Source: a virus. Taken from it: a DNA stretch of 64,000 bases. Numbering within the stretch: the stretch's first letter is position 1; every line of letters begins with the position of its first letter. The translations under genes were made by a program, and so were the position numbers. The notes beneath the pieces are model-generated. The model saw only the letters and a list, made by a program, of their open reading frames with translations. It ran no database searches and was not told the origin of the DNA. The DNA lies in IMG/VR virus record IMGVR_UViG_3300042502_001732, positions 1 through 64,000 of that record; one strand, written 5' to 3'. This document shows positions 19,039-29,048 of the stretch, piece after piece.

Positions 19039-20237
19039 TTGAACTTCAGTATGTATTTTCTAGATGATGAACCGTATGGAGTGTCTAGAGCTTCCATGAA
19101 AGCTCCTATATTTTCTGGTCTTTCTAAAAATCTCGCTTCTCCAATTTTACGAAGTTCTGGGATTAATTGATAATATCTAGCTCTATTTTTCCAATTCAAT
19201 AATTCTTCTACTTTGTTTTCTAAATCTTCTCCTGTTTTAAATTTTAAAACATTCAGCGCATTTTCATATGTTGTCATATCTTGAACTAGACATGGGATTC
19301 CCAAACATGCAGCTTCAATGTATTTGATATCAGATTTACTTCTATTAAATGAATTATCTTGCAAGGGAGCTAAAAACAATTGAGCATTTAAACTATCTAA
19401 AAAGTTAGGGTATTCAATTAATGTCTTCCAAGGATGAAATTCAATTTTTCTATTTTCAACTAAATGTCTAATGGGAGGAGGTACAGCTCCGATAAAAACA
19501 AATTGATATTTATCAACATTTTTAGAAATAAATTCTATAACATGAGTAAAATCATCTTGTTGTTTTGTCTTATTTCCAACATCAAAATGTGCTCCAGATC
19601 CTGAATATACAATGCGAGGTTTCTTTTTATTTTTATCAAAATTATCAATGATTTTACGATAATTGAACTGATGACCGATCCACCAATATGGAGGGAAATT
19701 AGGTATTACCGAAATTTCTTCTTTACCAGTTCTTAATTTATATAAATCTCTCATGTGTTTACATGTAACTGTAACCTCATCAGACATATTAATCATATCA
19801 ATGCAGTTTTGGCGAATTTCATCATTATCAAACGCTGGCTTATAGATATTATAATCTGGAATGTCTTCTCTGAATACGACATCATCAACTTCATATATAA
19901 TTTTAAATCCAAGTTCTGGTTGTATACTTTTCAAAAACTCAAAAAACATTTTCTGTTCTTTACTTGCTTGTCTTTGAAGCTTAATAGTTTTTATATCTCT
20001 GTACCATTCTTTATCAAAAATCATTTTAGTAAGAGATGCTGAATCTCCCATGTTGGACATATTGATATGAAGTTCTGGCCAACCTATTCTCCACTGACCA
20101 CACCCCTGACGATCTGCCATGAAATTTAAATATCTAGCTGGTCCATTTGGAACACTATTGATTTCTGGTGCTTTGGAAATTACACTATTTGAAAATGGTG
20201 ATGTTGGAAACGGAGATGGAAATGGATTGGAAAACAT
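19035..20237 (-). CDS. GT-B glycosyltransferase-like protein
   Basis: GCGQWR, YEVDD, IPNF, SGSGAH, APLQDNSFNRSKSDIKYIE. Confidence 0.75.
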   Translation of the reverse strand: MFSNPFPSPFPTSPFSNSVISKAPEINSVPNGPARYLNFMADRQGCGQWRIGWPELHINMSNMGDSASLTKMIFDKEWYRDIKTIKLQRQASKEQKMFFEFLKSIQPELGFKIIYEVDDVVFREDIPDYNIYKPAFDNDEIRQNCIDMINMSDEVTVTCKHMRDLYKLRTGKEEISVIPNFPPYWWIGHQFNYRKIIDNFDKNKKKPRIVYSGSGAHFDVGNKTKQQDDFTHVIEFISKNVDKYQFVFIGAVPPPIRHLVENRKIEFHPWKTLIEYPNFLDSLNAQLFLAPLQDNSFNRSKSDIKYIEAACLGIPCLVQDMTTYENALNVLKFKTGEDLENKVEELLNWKNRARYYQLIPELRKIGEARFLERPENIGAFMEALDTPYGSSSRKYILKFN

Positions 20238-20275
20238 ATATATTGTAGTTATATTTTAATGTAAAAATGTCAATC

Positions 20276-22078
20276 TTATTGATAAACTCTTCTAGTTATT
20301 CCGTTTTCTTTTTCTAGGTTGACAATTTCACCATCTACATGTTTAATGGTTTCTTTTCTATGCGATATTGCATATACAGACATATTATTTTTATTAATTC
20401 TACTTTTCAAAACATTAATTAATAAATCCAATCCTCGTTCATCAAATGCACTATCGAAAATTTCATCATAAAATTCAAGATTTGAAGAAATTCCACTGAT
20501 TTTTCTTCTCATGTCTGAAAAACTCAATACGCATGCGATATCAACGCTTCTTTTTTCTGCTCCTGACAAATTACTGTATGAAAATTCATTTCCTTTTTCA
20601 GTAGAAATATGTTCATCAAAATATTCATCAAATTTACATTTAACATTCATTCCAAGATCAGTTATGTATGTTGAAATAGTAGAATTTAACATACATAATA
20701 ATTTCTTTATAACATAACTTTTAACACCCTCTTCGCCCAATACAAATTTACAAATTTCATAATCTGAATCCTTTTGTTTGAAGGTATTCAAATTTTCTTC
20801 TTGTTCTTTTTTTCTAGTTTCAGAATTTTTAATGTTTTCTTCGAATGAATCTGTAGATATGATAGAGTTTTTAAAATCATCATTTATATTTTTAAAAGAC
20901 TCTTCATATTCTTTTAAGATATTATTCAAGTTTATTCTTTTTTGAGTTGTATCTTTCTGTTTTTGAATTTCATTATGAACTTTTGAAATATTTTTTTGAA
21001 CTTTTGCTTTTTTATCTAACCAATCTTCTTTTTGATTATTAATTTCAGTTAAATTAATTTTATATTCACTTATATTATTTTGAATTTCTTCTTTTTTAGA
21101 ATTAATATACTTTATATGATCATGTGAAATGTTTTGAAAACACTTATCACATTGAACTTCATCAACGGAGTTCATTTTCATTAATTCTTTTTTCAAAAGA
21201 TCAAGATCTTTACTTATTTCAATATGTTTTATTTGAAAATTTCCAAGTTTACCATCGATTTTTTTCCAAGCATCTTCTAATTTTAAATATTGATTCTGTA
21301 ATTCGTCAATATTTTGATTTTCTGGCAATTCTTCAATTTTTATTTTAATATTTTGAATTTTATTTGTAATTTCTTCCTTACGTGTATTTAAAAGTTCAGT
21401 TCTTTCTTCTATCTGTTTCTTAATATCATCGAATTGTTTTTGATAAGTGGTGATAGATGTTTTTAATTCTTCGACACGTGCTAAAGATACACTCATATCG
21501 TTTTTATTTTCACTTATATATTTTTTAAGATCTTTCAACATCAAACCAAATATTTCAATGTTGAAAATATCTTCAATAAATTTTCTTTTTTCAGCAGCAT
21601 TCTTCAACATGAATGGTGTTGTGTCACTCAATGTCATTATATCGCAACTTTTATGGATAATTGGATTGGTTCCCAATAAATCACAAATATATTTGTTGGT
21701 ATTTGCAATACTATCCCTGGTAATATCTTCATCACCCCTCCAAAGTTCAACTTTGGTTGGCTTTACATGTCTGATAATTTTATAAGATTGTGTATTTTCA
21801 GTAGTTTCAACATCAAATTGCAATTCAATGCGTCCTTTACCTTTAGTTATATTATTTACAATATATTCATTCTTAATTTTTCCAATAGTTTCACCAAATA
21901 ATGCATAAAAATATGCAGACATGAGTGAACTTTTACCAACTGCATTTTTTCTTTCAGGATTATCAATATTTTGTCCAGTTATAAGGTTCAGACCTTCTTT
22001 AAATTCAATTTCTATAGCATCATTTCCAATACTTAAAAAGTTTTGAACAATTATTTTTTTATATTTTATTTTTCTCAT
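20276..22078 (-). CDS. 46: Recombination exonuclease ATPase subunit (gp46, SbcC/Rad50-like)
   Basis: NFLSIGN, NAVGKSS, CDKC zinc hook, LSGAE signature, DEIFD, ISH. Confidence 0.95.
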   Translation of the reverse strand: MRKIKYKKIIVQNFLSIGNDAIEIEFKEGLNLITGQNIDNPERKNAVGKSSLMSAYFYALFGETIGKIKNEYIVNNITKGKGRIELQFDVETTENTQSYKIIRHVKPTKVELWRGDEDITRDSIANTNKYICDLLGTNPIIHKSCDIMTLSDTTPFMLKNAAEKRKFIEDIFNIEIFGLMLKDLKKYISENKNDMSVSLARVEELKTSITTYQKQFDDIKKQIEERTELLNTRKEEITNKIQNIKIKIEELPENQNIDELQNQYLKLEDAWKKIDGKLGNFQIKHIEISKDLDLLKKELMKMNSVDEVQCDKCFQNISHDHIKYINSKKEEIQNNISEYKINLTEINNQKEDWLDKKAKVQKNISKVHNEIQKQKDTTQKRINLNNILKEYEESFKNINDDFKNSIISTDSFEENIKNSETRKKEQEENLNTFKQKDSDYEICKFVLGEEGVKSYVIKKLLCMLNSTISTYITDLGMNVKCKFDEYFDEHISTEKGNEFSYSNLSGAEKRSVDIACVLSFSDMRRKISGISSNLEFYDEIFDSAFDERGLDLLINVLKSRINKNNMSVYAISHRKETIKHVDGEIVNLEKENGITRRVYQ

Positions 22079-23081
22079 ATAAATCTTCGTTAATTTTTTT
22101 AATTCTGGCTAATTGATCATCATCTAATCCTAATTGATCATAAAATTCTTCAAACATTTCTTTAATATCAATAGAATCTATATTTTCTACATCATTTAAA
22201 GTCTTTGAATTCACATTATATTCGAAAGATATCTGCCAAGGATTGTAACTTTTGAATATATTTGATATTTTGGTAAATTCTTCTTCTGATAATTCAGAAT
22301 CGACAATCAATTTAATGATATTATTTTCAATTTCTGATTCTTCATATGATTCATATCCACTCAAAGCTAGTTTTATGAAACGAGGAGATGCGGTATTTTC
22401 GAAAAATTCAATAGACCCATCTTCAATATCTAAAATATGGTATCCTTTTGTGTTATTTTGGTCGCTGAAGTCTAAAGGAAAACAACTACCAACATAGTAT
22501 ATTGACCCCTCGTTGTATTTTTTACTATTTCTATTGTGAAAATGACCAGAAAATACAGCATTCGTCTTCTCAATAAGTATATCAACTGGGTTTAATCCAT
22601 GATTACATACTGTATAATTGTTCATTTTGAATGTTTGTATCTCAAAATGCCCAAAAATGTAGTCATATTTGCTGTTTGGAATATCATTATTCCATGGAAC
22701 AAACAAAAAACGCTTATTAAAAGCTTCAAATTCTAAATTTTTATCAATTAATGTGATATTTTCATGCCCTTTCATCATTCCAAGGCTATGAACATCACTT
22801 CTGTTCTTATAATATGCATCATGATTTCCAATAATCATGAAAACGTTAAATTTTTTAAACTTTTCTATAATTTTAGAAGCAACGTGTATAGTTTGAACAC
22901 TAATTTCGCTTCTATTATCAAAAAAATCACCCAAAAAGAATATATCTTTTATTTTTTTCTGATTTAATTCATCAACAATCCAATCAGCCCACGTTAAAGC
23001 TGTTTCGTGCCATTTTTCAGAATTTCCATATATTCCTAAATGAAGATCACTGAATATTGCAACTTTAGTCTTTTTAATCAT
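22059..23081 (-). CDS. 47: Recombination nuclease subunit (gp47, SbcD/Mre11-like)
   Basis: SDLHLG, GDFFD, GNHD, GHFE, SGHFH; start set at MIKKTK (23081). Confidence 0.95.
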   Translation of the reverse strand: MIKKTKVAIFSDLHLGIYGNSEKWHETALTWADWIVDELNQKKIKDIFFLGDFFDNRSEISVQTIHVASKIIEKFKKFNVFMIIGNHDAYYKNRSDVHSLGMMKGHENITLIDKNLEFEAFNKRFLFVPWNNDIPNSKYDYIFGHFEIQTFKMNNYTVCNHGLNPVDILIEKTNAVFSGHFHNRNSKKYNEGSIYYVGSCFPLDFSDQNNTKGYHILDIEDGSIEFFENTASPRFIKLALSGYESYEESEIENNIIKLIVDSELSEEEFTKISNIFKSYNPWQISFEYNVNSKTLNDVENIDSIDIKEMFEEFYDQLGLDDDQLARIKKINEDLYEKNKI

Positions 23082-23085
23082 ATTA

Positions 23086-23541
23086 TTAGTTTGAAAAATC
23101 GTATTGTTCATCATCATCAGAAAAACCTGATGGTTTGGTATATACATTTCCTTCAGATTCAATCATATTTTGCTCATAAAGCATTTGTTTATACTCTTGT
23201 AAACCTTCATGTTGCTTGTTTTCTTTCTTTATTCGGTTAGTAAACGCATTCCAAGCTATTTGATTGAAATAACTAAATGGATTATAACCAGAATCCATGT
23301 TATATTTCTTACCTTCCAACGCTGAATACATTTTTATAACAGCATCTCCTACCATTTCTTCTTTCCAAGACTTCGTATAATTAATAAATCGCCAATTATA
23401 ACTCAACCCTTCGGCTATTTTAACTACATTAATAGCTAATTCATCTGTCATTTTATCACTGTCGTAATATTCCTGGATCTGTCTTTTAAAATCATTGGAG
23501 TTTACGTATATACTTGCTTTTATTTCTGGATTAAGTTTCAT
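23086..23541 (-). CDS. 55: Late transcription sigma factor (gp55)
   Basis: YVNS, IAEGLS...F.NY...EEMVGDA, NPFSYFNQIAWNAF.NRIKKE. Confidence 0.92.
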   Translation of the reverse strand: MKLNPEIKASIYVNSNDFKRQIQEYYDSDKMTDELAINVVKIAEGLSYNWRFINYTKSWKEEMVGDAVIKMYSALEGKKYNMDSGYNPFSYFNQIAWNAFTNRIKKENKQHEGLQEYKQMLYEQNMIESEGNVYTKPSGFSDDDEQYDFSN

Positions 23542-24983
23542 AAATCTATTTCTATTTCTTTATATGGTATCTGTTCATCGTCGTAAATTTGTTTTCTTTC
23601 TTCAGCGTGGTTTGTCGAGTATTTTAAATTATCATATATATCAAAAATAACAAGTTTGGACTTGTTTTCATGCAATCTCAACCCTCTACCTATTCCTTGC
23701 ACGATACGAACGAAGCTTTTTCCACCAGATGCAAACACAATATTGTGTAAATTTTTAATATTTATACCTGTTGAAAATATACTACTCATTGCAATACACA
23801 CTATGTTATCACAAACTTCCATATTTGCAATAACTTCAACCCTTTCGTTCAACTCGACCTCGCCTTTTATAAAAACTACACTCTTATCATTCAACACATT
23901 CAGAGATTTTAAAAGCGCTTCCCCGTGTTCAAGGTGATTTACCAATATTAATGTATTGTTTGGTATCTTAGAAACTATTTTATATATGATATTGTTTCTT
24001 TTTTCAGAATTGTATATATAAGATAACTCTATATTATAATCTTCTGTTGGAGTTTTATCTTTATTTTTATTTTTTTTAGGAATATCTGAAGAAGAATGAT
24101 TCAATAAAATCATTTTAACCACCACATCAGTTAAAATATTTTCGTCTCTGAGTTCTTTACTGTTCTTTTCAAACAATAATGGACCAAATGTACCTAATAT
24201 TTTCCACACATCATATTGATCTTTTGGAAAAGTGCCTGTGAAACCGAAACGGTTCGGTGTTTTTATTTTTGTGATGAGCTTTGATATTTTACTAGTGCCA
24301 GTACATCTATGACATTCATCAACTATTAACAAATCTACATCTTTGATCCATGAATTATCATCAAATTTGGATACTAAATTTTCAGAATTGACTATTATTA
24401 CATCGGTATTTTCTAATTTATTAGTTCCAGTCCATCCCGAATATGAAAAATTAACTTTGTAAGATTCAAAATCTTTTTGAAGTTGTGATACAAGAGAAAT
24501 TCCAGGTACTACAACCAACACTTTGTATGTTTGCTTGGGTCTATTTGCCCAAAAGTTTTCAATCAATGATGCTATACAAAAACTTTTACCAGAACCTGTA
24601 GCACTTTTTATTGTACCTCGTCCATATTTCAAACACAATTTCACAATTTCCATTTGAAAGTCTCTATGAGGAAATGCAAAACCATCAAATACTGTTGTTG
24701 TTTTTATACCACAACTTAAAAATTGTTTAAATTCTTCAGTGTATTCTATATTTGTATATTGTTCTTGTATTAAGATATTGATTATCTCTTTATAAAGACC
24801 GAAATCGAATTTTCCAGATTTATCAATTGCATATTTTCTATCTGGAATTTTTCTTCCGTACTTTTTTGCAAATTTTGCAGCGTCATTCTTGACACTGAAT
24901 TTATTTTTTACGCAATAAAACGTGGCCTGATCACAAATAATCTGACCTTTGTTTGTTTTTGCATCGTAATGCAGCTTAATCAA
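23538..24983 (-). CDS. uvsW: SF2 helicase UvsW
   Basis: ATGSGKS, DECH, GFTGT, STGINI, QGIGRGLR. Confidence 0.93.
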   Translation of the reverse strand: MIKLHYDAKTNKGQIICDQATFYCVKNKFSVKNDAAKFAKKYGRKIPDRKYAIDKSGKFDFGLYKEIINILIQEQYTNIEYTEEFKQFLSCGIKTTTVFDGFAFPHRDFQMEIVKLCLKYGRGTIKSATGSGKSFCIASLIENFWANRPKQTYKVLVVVPGISLVSQLQKDFESYKVNFSYSGWTGTNKLENTDVIIVNSENLVSKFDDNSWIKDVDLLIVDECHRCTGTSKISKLITKIKTPNRFGFTGTFPKDQYDVWKILGTFGPLLFEKNSKELRDENILTDVVVKMILLNHSSSDIPKKNKNKDKTPTEDYNIELSYIYNSEKRNNIIYKIVSKIPNNTLILVNHLEHGEALLKSLNVLNDKSVVFIKGEVELNERVEVIANMEVCDNIVCIAMSSIFSTGINIKNLHNIVFASGGKSFVRIVQGIGRGLRLHENKSKLVIFDIYDNLKYSTNHAEERKQIYDDEQIPYKEIEIDL

Positions 24984-25049
24984 AATTAATTAATAAGTGG
25001 AAATATCCACTTTTCGTTAATTCAAATTCCTTTATGTGTGGAACTTCTA

Positions 25050-25460
25050 TCATCCTTCTTGCAATTGAATAAATTTTATTATATTTTCAAAATCTTTGGC
25101 TATGTATTTTACACAGTCATAAATTCTTTCAAGTTGTTTAAAATTCAATTTTAATTCGTCTATTTGTAGATTTATTTCTTCAACATCTTGACTTTCTTCT
25201 ATTTTATCAAGTGTTGATTTATTTATTTTTATCTCCGAATTATCTATTAATTTTTTCTGTAATGTTTTGATTATATATTTCTTTTTTTGCTCAAGTGATT
25301 TAATTTCTTGTTCAGTTTCTGACAAGACGTTTGCCCAATATGATTTTTCTCCTGGAACTTGATTAAGTTTATCAGCTAAACTAAGCATATCGATATTTGT
25401 GGCAAATTCGGCATACTTTTTAGCATAAAACTTTCTTTTTTCAGAATTATTCATAATCAA
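25050..25460 (-). CDS. uvsY: Recombination mediator (UvsY-like)
   Basis: 136-aa helical protein next to uvsW; ends FENIIKFIQLQEG like the UvsY C-terminus. Confidence 0.6.
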   Translation of the reverse strand: MIMNNSEKRKFYAKKYAEFATNIDMLSLADKLNQVPGEKSYWANVLSETEQEIKSLEQKKKYIIKTLQKKLIDNSEIKINKSTLDKIEESQDVEEINLQIDELKLNFKQLERIYDCVKYIAKDFENIIKFIQLQEG

Positions 25461-25471
25461 TTATTCTTTAT

Positions 25472-25479
25472 TATAAATA
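25472..25479 (+). promoter_or_regulatory. T4-consensus late promoter TATAAATA
   Basis: Exact T4 late box, 5 nt before ATG 25485. Confidence 0.7.
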
Positions 25480-25484
25480 ATAAT

Positions 25485-25757
25485 ATGAGAATGTCAAGAA
25501 CTGATGCTACAAAATTAGAAAATATTTATTTAGAAATGACATCAGTTGGTGTAGTTGGCCCAGTCACTTCTATTGTGACTGATTTAGGTGCAGAAAATGT
25601 AGATTCATATGCTGAAAGAGACACCAGAATTCCAAAAGGACCAAAAAAGAAAAAAGGCAAACCAGAAATAGCTAGAAGAAATCTATCATTTGATAGTACA
25701 TTAGATTATCAAACTCCTGAAGTTAAAGCTAATATTAAAAATATTAGAAAACAGTAA
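25485..25757 (+). CDS. Small hypothetical late protein
   Basis: TATAAATA 5 nt upstream; YLE|M; basic PKKKK stretch. Confidence 0.6.
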   Translation: MRMSRTDATKLENIYLEMTSVGVVGPVTSIVTDLGAENVDSYAERDTRIPKGPKKKKGKPEIARRNLSFDSTLDYQTPEVKANIKNIRKQ

Positions 25758-25765
25758 AAAGGCAC

Positions 25766-25884
25766 TTGACAAATAAAAAAACCATATTATATATGGGTGG
25801 TGGGTGGGATTTGATATATATTATAATATATTATATATAATATTAATTTATATTGTATATTATTATTAATATTATAATTATTAT
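25766..25884 (+). other. Candidate replication origin: promoter, G-rich tract, then AT-only unwinding element
   Basis: TTGACA at 25766, GGGTGGTGGGTGGG at 25795-25808, then ~70 nt almost purely A/T; near uvsY and the strand switch. Confidence 0.45.
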
Positions 25885-26316
25885 ATGTCAGAATGGATAA
25901 ATTTACCTGAAAATAAAAATAGTTTTCATGGATTTGTTTATATTATTAATAATAATCATCCAGATTCTAAAAAAAAGTATTATATTGGATGTAAAAAAAT
26001 ATTAAAAAGAATAAAAAGAAAACCATTAAAAGGTAAAAAGAGAAATAGAATAGACTATGTTGATAATAATGTAGATTCTTATTGGGGAAGTTCAGAAGAA
26101 TTGAAAAAAGATATAGAAATATATGGTTTGGAATATTTTGAAAGAAAAATTCTACACATGTGTGAAAATCAATGGGAAATGAAGTTTTTAGAAATGTACG
26201 AACAGATGAAATATAATGTTCTATTTGACAAAAGCTCATACAATGGCATAATAAATGTTAGAATTAACAGCGTTCCTAAATCTTTAGAGGAGAAATATAA
26301 AAATTTTAAATTTTAA
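25885..26316 (+). CDS. GIY-YIG family nuclease
   Basis: GFVY...KYYIGCK, YWGSS, YNG motifs. Confidence 0.75.
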   Translation: MSEWINLPENKNSFHGFVYIINNNHPDSKKKYYIGCKKILKRIKRKPLKGKKRNRIDYVDNNVDSYWGSSEELKKDIEIYGLEYFERKILHMCENQWEMKFLEMYEQMKYNVLFDKSSYNGIINVRINSVPKSLEEKYKNFKF

Positions 26317-26859
26317 ATGACTTTTATTAAAAAAAATACAAATAATTTAACAGTTTCATTAATTTTTGAAAAAGAAAATAAAGAAATGGTGGATATTGAT
26401 TATATTTTTAAAAAAACCAATGATAATTTTTGTGTTTATTTAAATAATTTATCACTACCCATCAATTTTGATTTCAGAAATAGAGATAATAAAAAAATTT
26501 ACATGAATGAATTTATAAAAACGTTCACTCATTACGTAAAATTTAGGGAAAATAAAGAAAAGTTATATTTTTACAGCAATATCTTAACTAAAGATGATTT
26601 TAGAAATAAACTAGTTTTAAAATTAAAAACATTATTTGGAATTACTATTCTTGAGGACTACAAAAGTCTTGAAAATATATCAACATTGATGGAAATAGGC
26701 TGTTGTGATACTGTTACTAAAATTATAAATTTCTTGAATCAAGAAAGGAAAGTAAAATCATTCAAGCAAATTAAAAAATATTTAGAAAAAAATGGGTTTG
26801 TGTATTTGAATGATGTTTATTTCAATGATTTTTCTAATAAGCTGCGTTTATTTACATAA
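26317..26859 (+). CDS. Hypothetical protein
   Basis: 180-aa ORF abutting the nuclease. Confidence 0.55.
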   Translation: MTFIKKNTNNLTVSLIFEKENKEMVDIDYIFKKTNDNFCVYLNNLSLPINFDFRNRDNKKIYMNEFIKTFTHYVKFRENKEKLYFYSNILTKDDFRNKLVLKLKTLFGITILEDYKSLENISTLMEIGCCDTVTKIINFLNQERKVKSFKQIKKYLEKNGFVYLNDVYFNDFSNKLRLFT

Positions 26860-26868
26860 ATATTATAT

Positions 26869-27255
26869 ATGAGTAAGTTTCTTCAATTAATTGAAGATTT
26901 TGATCCAACAAATGATCAAAATCTTGACGATGTTGCATATAATTTCGTTAATTTTTTAAAAAGTAATGACATAAAATATGGAAGAGTTAAATCAACTAAC
27001 ACTTTTTATGTTCATGATAAAGAAGATATGAATAAAGTCTTTGTTGTGGAAGTTAAAGATGTAGTCAATACAAAACCATCTGAGGAAGATGGAGAAGCTG
27101 AAACTGTTGTAGATTCTTTAGCTGACATAGACCCAAAAGCTAATAAAGCCAAACAGGCAAGAATGACTGTAGTTAAAGGATTGGCAAATAAAGTACTTCC
27201 TTCATATTTGAAGAAAACTGAACAATTAAAAAGTTTTAAAACTCCATCTTTATGA
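26869..27255 (+). CDS. Hypothetical late protein (candidate internal head protein)
   Basis: TAAATA 6 nt upstream; N-terminus MSKFLQLIE|D. Confidence 0.6.
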   Translation: MSKFLQLIEDFDPTNDQNLDDVAYNFVNFLKSNDIKYGRVKSTNTFYVHDKEDMNKVFVVEVKDVVNTKPSEEDGEAETVVDSLADIDPKANKAKQARMTVVKGLANKVLPSYLKKTEQLKSFKTPSL

Positions 27256-27614
27256 AAAGTAAAACACTCCAACTCATAAATAAATATTCCCAAATTCTCA
27301 AAGAACAAGGAGAAATGGATGTTCAACCAACAGCCGATGCTGCTGTTGATGTTAATGATGTTACTCAAGAGCCAGTTGCTCAAGAATTACCATTCACAGC
27401 AGAGTCTGAAAATGATTATATCCTTCAAATGTTACATGCTGCAAAATTTGAACCCACTCCTGAACAAAATACAGAACTTGATAATCTTATTTACAAAATG
27501 AAAGATAAAGAGGTTAAAAATGCAAGAGCTGAAATATTACCAATTATACAAAAAATGATAAGTTCTCAAATTGATTCAAATCAAATTAGAGATCTTTCTG
27601 ATCAAGTAGATTAA
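27252..27614 (+). CDS. Hypothetical acidic protein (candidate internal head protein)
   Basis: ILKE|Q near the N-terminus; coupled to upstream gene. Confidence 0.6.
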   Translation: MKSKTLQLINKYSQILKEQGEMDVQPTADAAVDVNDVTQEPVAQELPFTAESENDYILQMLHAAKFEPTPEQNTELDNLIYKMKDKEVKNARAEILPIIQKMISSQIDSNQIRDLSDQVD

Positions 27615-27622
27615 ATAATACT

Positions 27623-28171
27623 ATGAATTTCAAATTAAAAGAAAATGGACTTATTTGGGAAAATTACGCTAACATCCCAAGTATTCAAAAACGTCAAAAC
27701 TATTCAGATGAATCTGAAGAAAAGGAAGACCATGGATTGGACGTTGAGAAGTCAGATCTTAATGATGACGGTGAGCTTTCTGAATATGAACAGGCGAGAG
27801 GATCTGCTGTAGCTAATGCTATGGGAGATGACTCGGAAGATGCAGAACATTTTCACGGTGATGAAGAATTAGATGATGTTAAAAATGTCGTAATGTCATT
27901 TGATACATCCGAACCAGTTAAACCAGAATACAAAGAAGAAGATCTTGATGAAGATGATCATGAAAGAAATGAAATGATCAAATCTGAAATTAAAAAACTC
28001 TGTGAATTTGCCAAACGATTAGAAAATATGGTATGTGATGCTAATTTTGAAGAATGGATGGCTGCTAAAATTACCAAAGCTGCTGATTACACTTCAGATG
28101 TATATTTTAGATTGAGCGCTAAAGCTGATTATGCTAATGGCTCACATGAACATTCAGAATATGAATATTAA
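27623..28171 (+). CDS. Acidic hypothetical late protein with EF-hand-like DLNDDGELSEYE loop
   Basis: TAAATA 5 nt upstream; IWE|N; C-terminal EEWMAAKITKAADY. Confidence 0.6.
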   Translation: MNFKLKENGLIWENYANIPSIQKRQNYSDESEEKEDHGLDVEKSDLNDDGELSEYEQARGSAVANAMGDDSEDAEHFHGDEELDDVKNVVMSFDTSEPVKPEYKEEDLDEDDHERNEMIKSEIKKLCEFAKRLENMVCDANFEEWMAAKITKAADYTSDVYFRLSAKADYANGSHEHSEYEY

Positions 28172-28173
28172 AA

Positions 28174-28620
28174 ATGGATAATTTCGAATCATTTTTTTAT
28201 GAGAAATATGTCATTGGATTAATAGAAGATATCCATATTGAGGATCTTGGGACAATTTCTTCAAAAATAGATAGCGGCAACGGTGCTTATAATGTTCTTC
28301 ATGGTAATGATATTGAAATAGATGAAAAGAATAAATTGGTTAGATTTACAACAGTGCATTCTATTTCTTTAGAAAAAGAACTGATAGATCAGATAACAAT
28401 AAATATAGGGGCTGGAAAAATGGAAAAGAGACCAGTTGTCAATTTCAATTTAAAAATGGGAGATCGAACATTCGAAAATATACCATTCAGCATAGGAAAT
28501 AGATCATCAAATACTCATAAAGTTTTAATAGGTAAATCCTTTATTGAAAATGAATTGGATGCTTTAATTGATGTGAGTATAAATAATATTGCAGATAAAA
28601 ATTTTGAAGTTGATTTATGA
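28174..28620 (+). CDS. Retropepsin-like aspartic protease (RimK-associated 'ATP-dependent Zn protease' family)
   Basis: KIDSGN catalytic motif, RPVV, NRS...VLIG. Confidence 0.8.
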   Translation: MDNFESFFYEKYVIGLIEDIHIEDLGTISSKIDSGNGAYNVLHGNDIEIDEKNKLVRFTTVHSISLEKELIDQITINIGAGKMEKRPVVNFNLKMGDRTFENIPFSIGNRSSNTHKVLIGKSFIENELDALIDVSINNIADKNFEVDL

Positions 28621-29048
28621 AAAAATATTCACAGAAAGAACTATTAAATGAAGGATTCTGGAAAGGGATCGGTAAAGTAATTGGAGGAGTAGCTAGAGGG
28701 GTTGATTATACATTAGGTAAAGTTGCTCCCGAATTACAAAGCCTTTATAAAGACCCTTACAAAGCAGCTGTTGGTTTAGGCAGGGCTATCAAAGGATCAC
28801 CATCTGGGGAGGATAAACAAGGCTATACAACTAATAATACACCCCAAAAAACTAATTATGCAAGTCCTCAAGAGACTGCAAACATAAGACAAGGATTGTC
28901 AAGTAAAAATATAACTTTATTAAACAATCCAACTCTTAGTTATATTGATTCAAGAACAAGAATGAAATATTTCAATGTTGAAATTGAAAATCAAGGTAGA
29001 AAAATGAATATTATAGTGGATTCGAATGGTAATTATTCAAACCCCTGA
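28617..29048 (+). CDS. Hypothetical protein (candidate internal head protein)
   Basis: MKKYSQKELLNE|G followed by an amphipathic Gly-rich helix. Confidence 0.6.
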   Translation: MKKYSQKELLNEGFWKGIGKVIGGVARGVDYTLGKVAPELQSLYKDPYKAAVGLGRAIKGSPSGEDKQGYTTNNTPQKTNYASPQETANIRQGLSSKNITLLNNPTLSYIDSRTRMKYFNVEIENQGRKMNIIVDSNGNYSNP

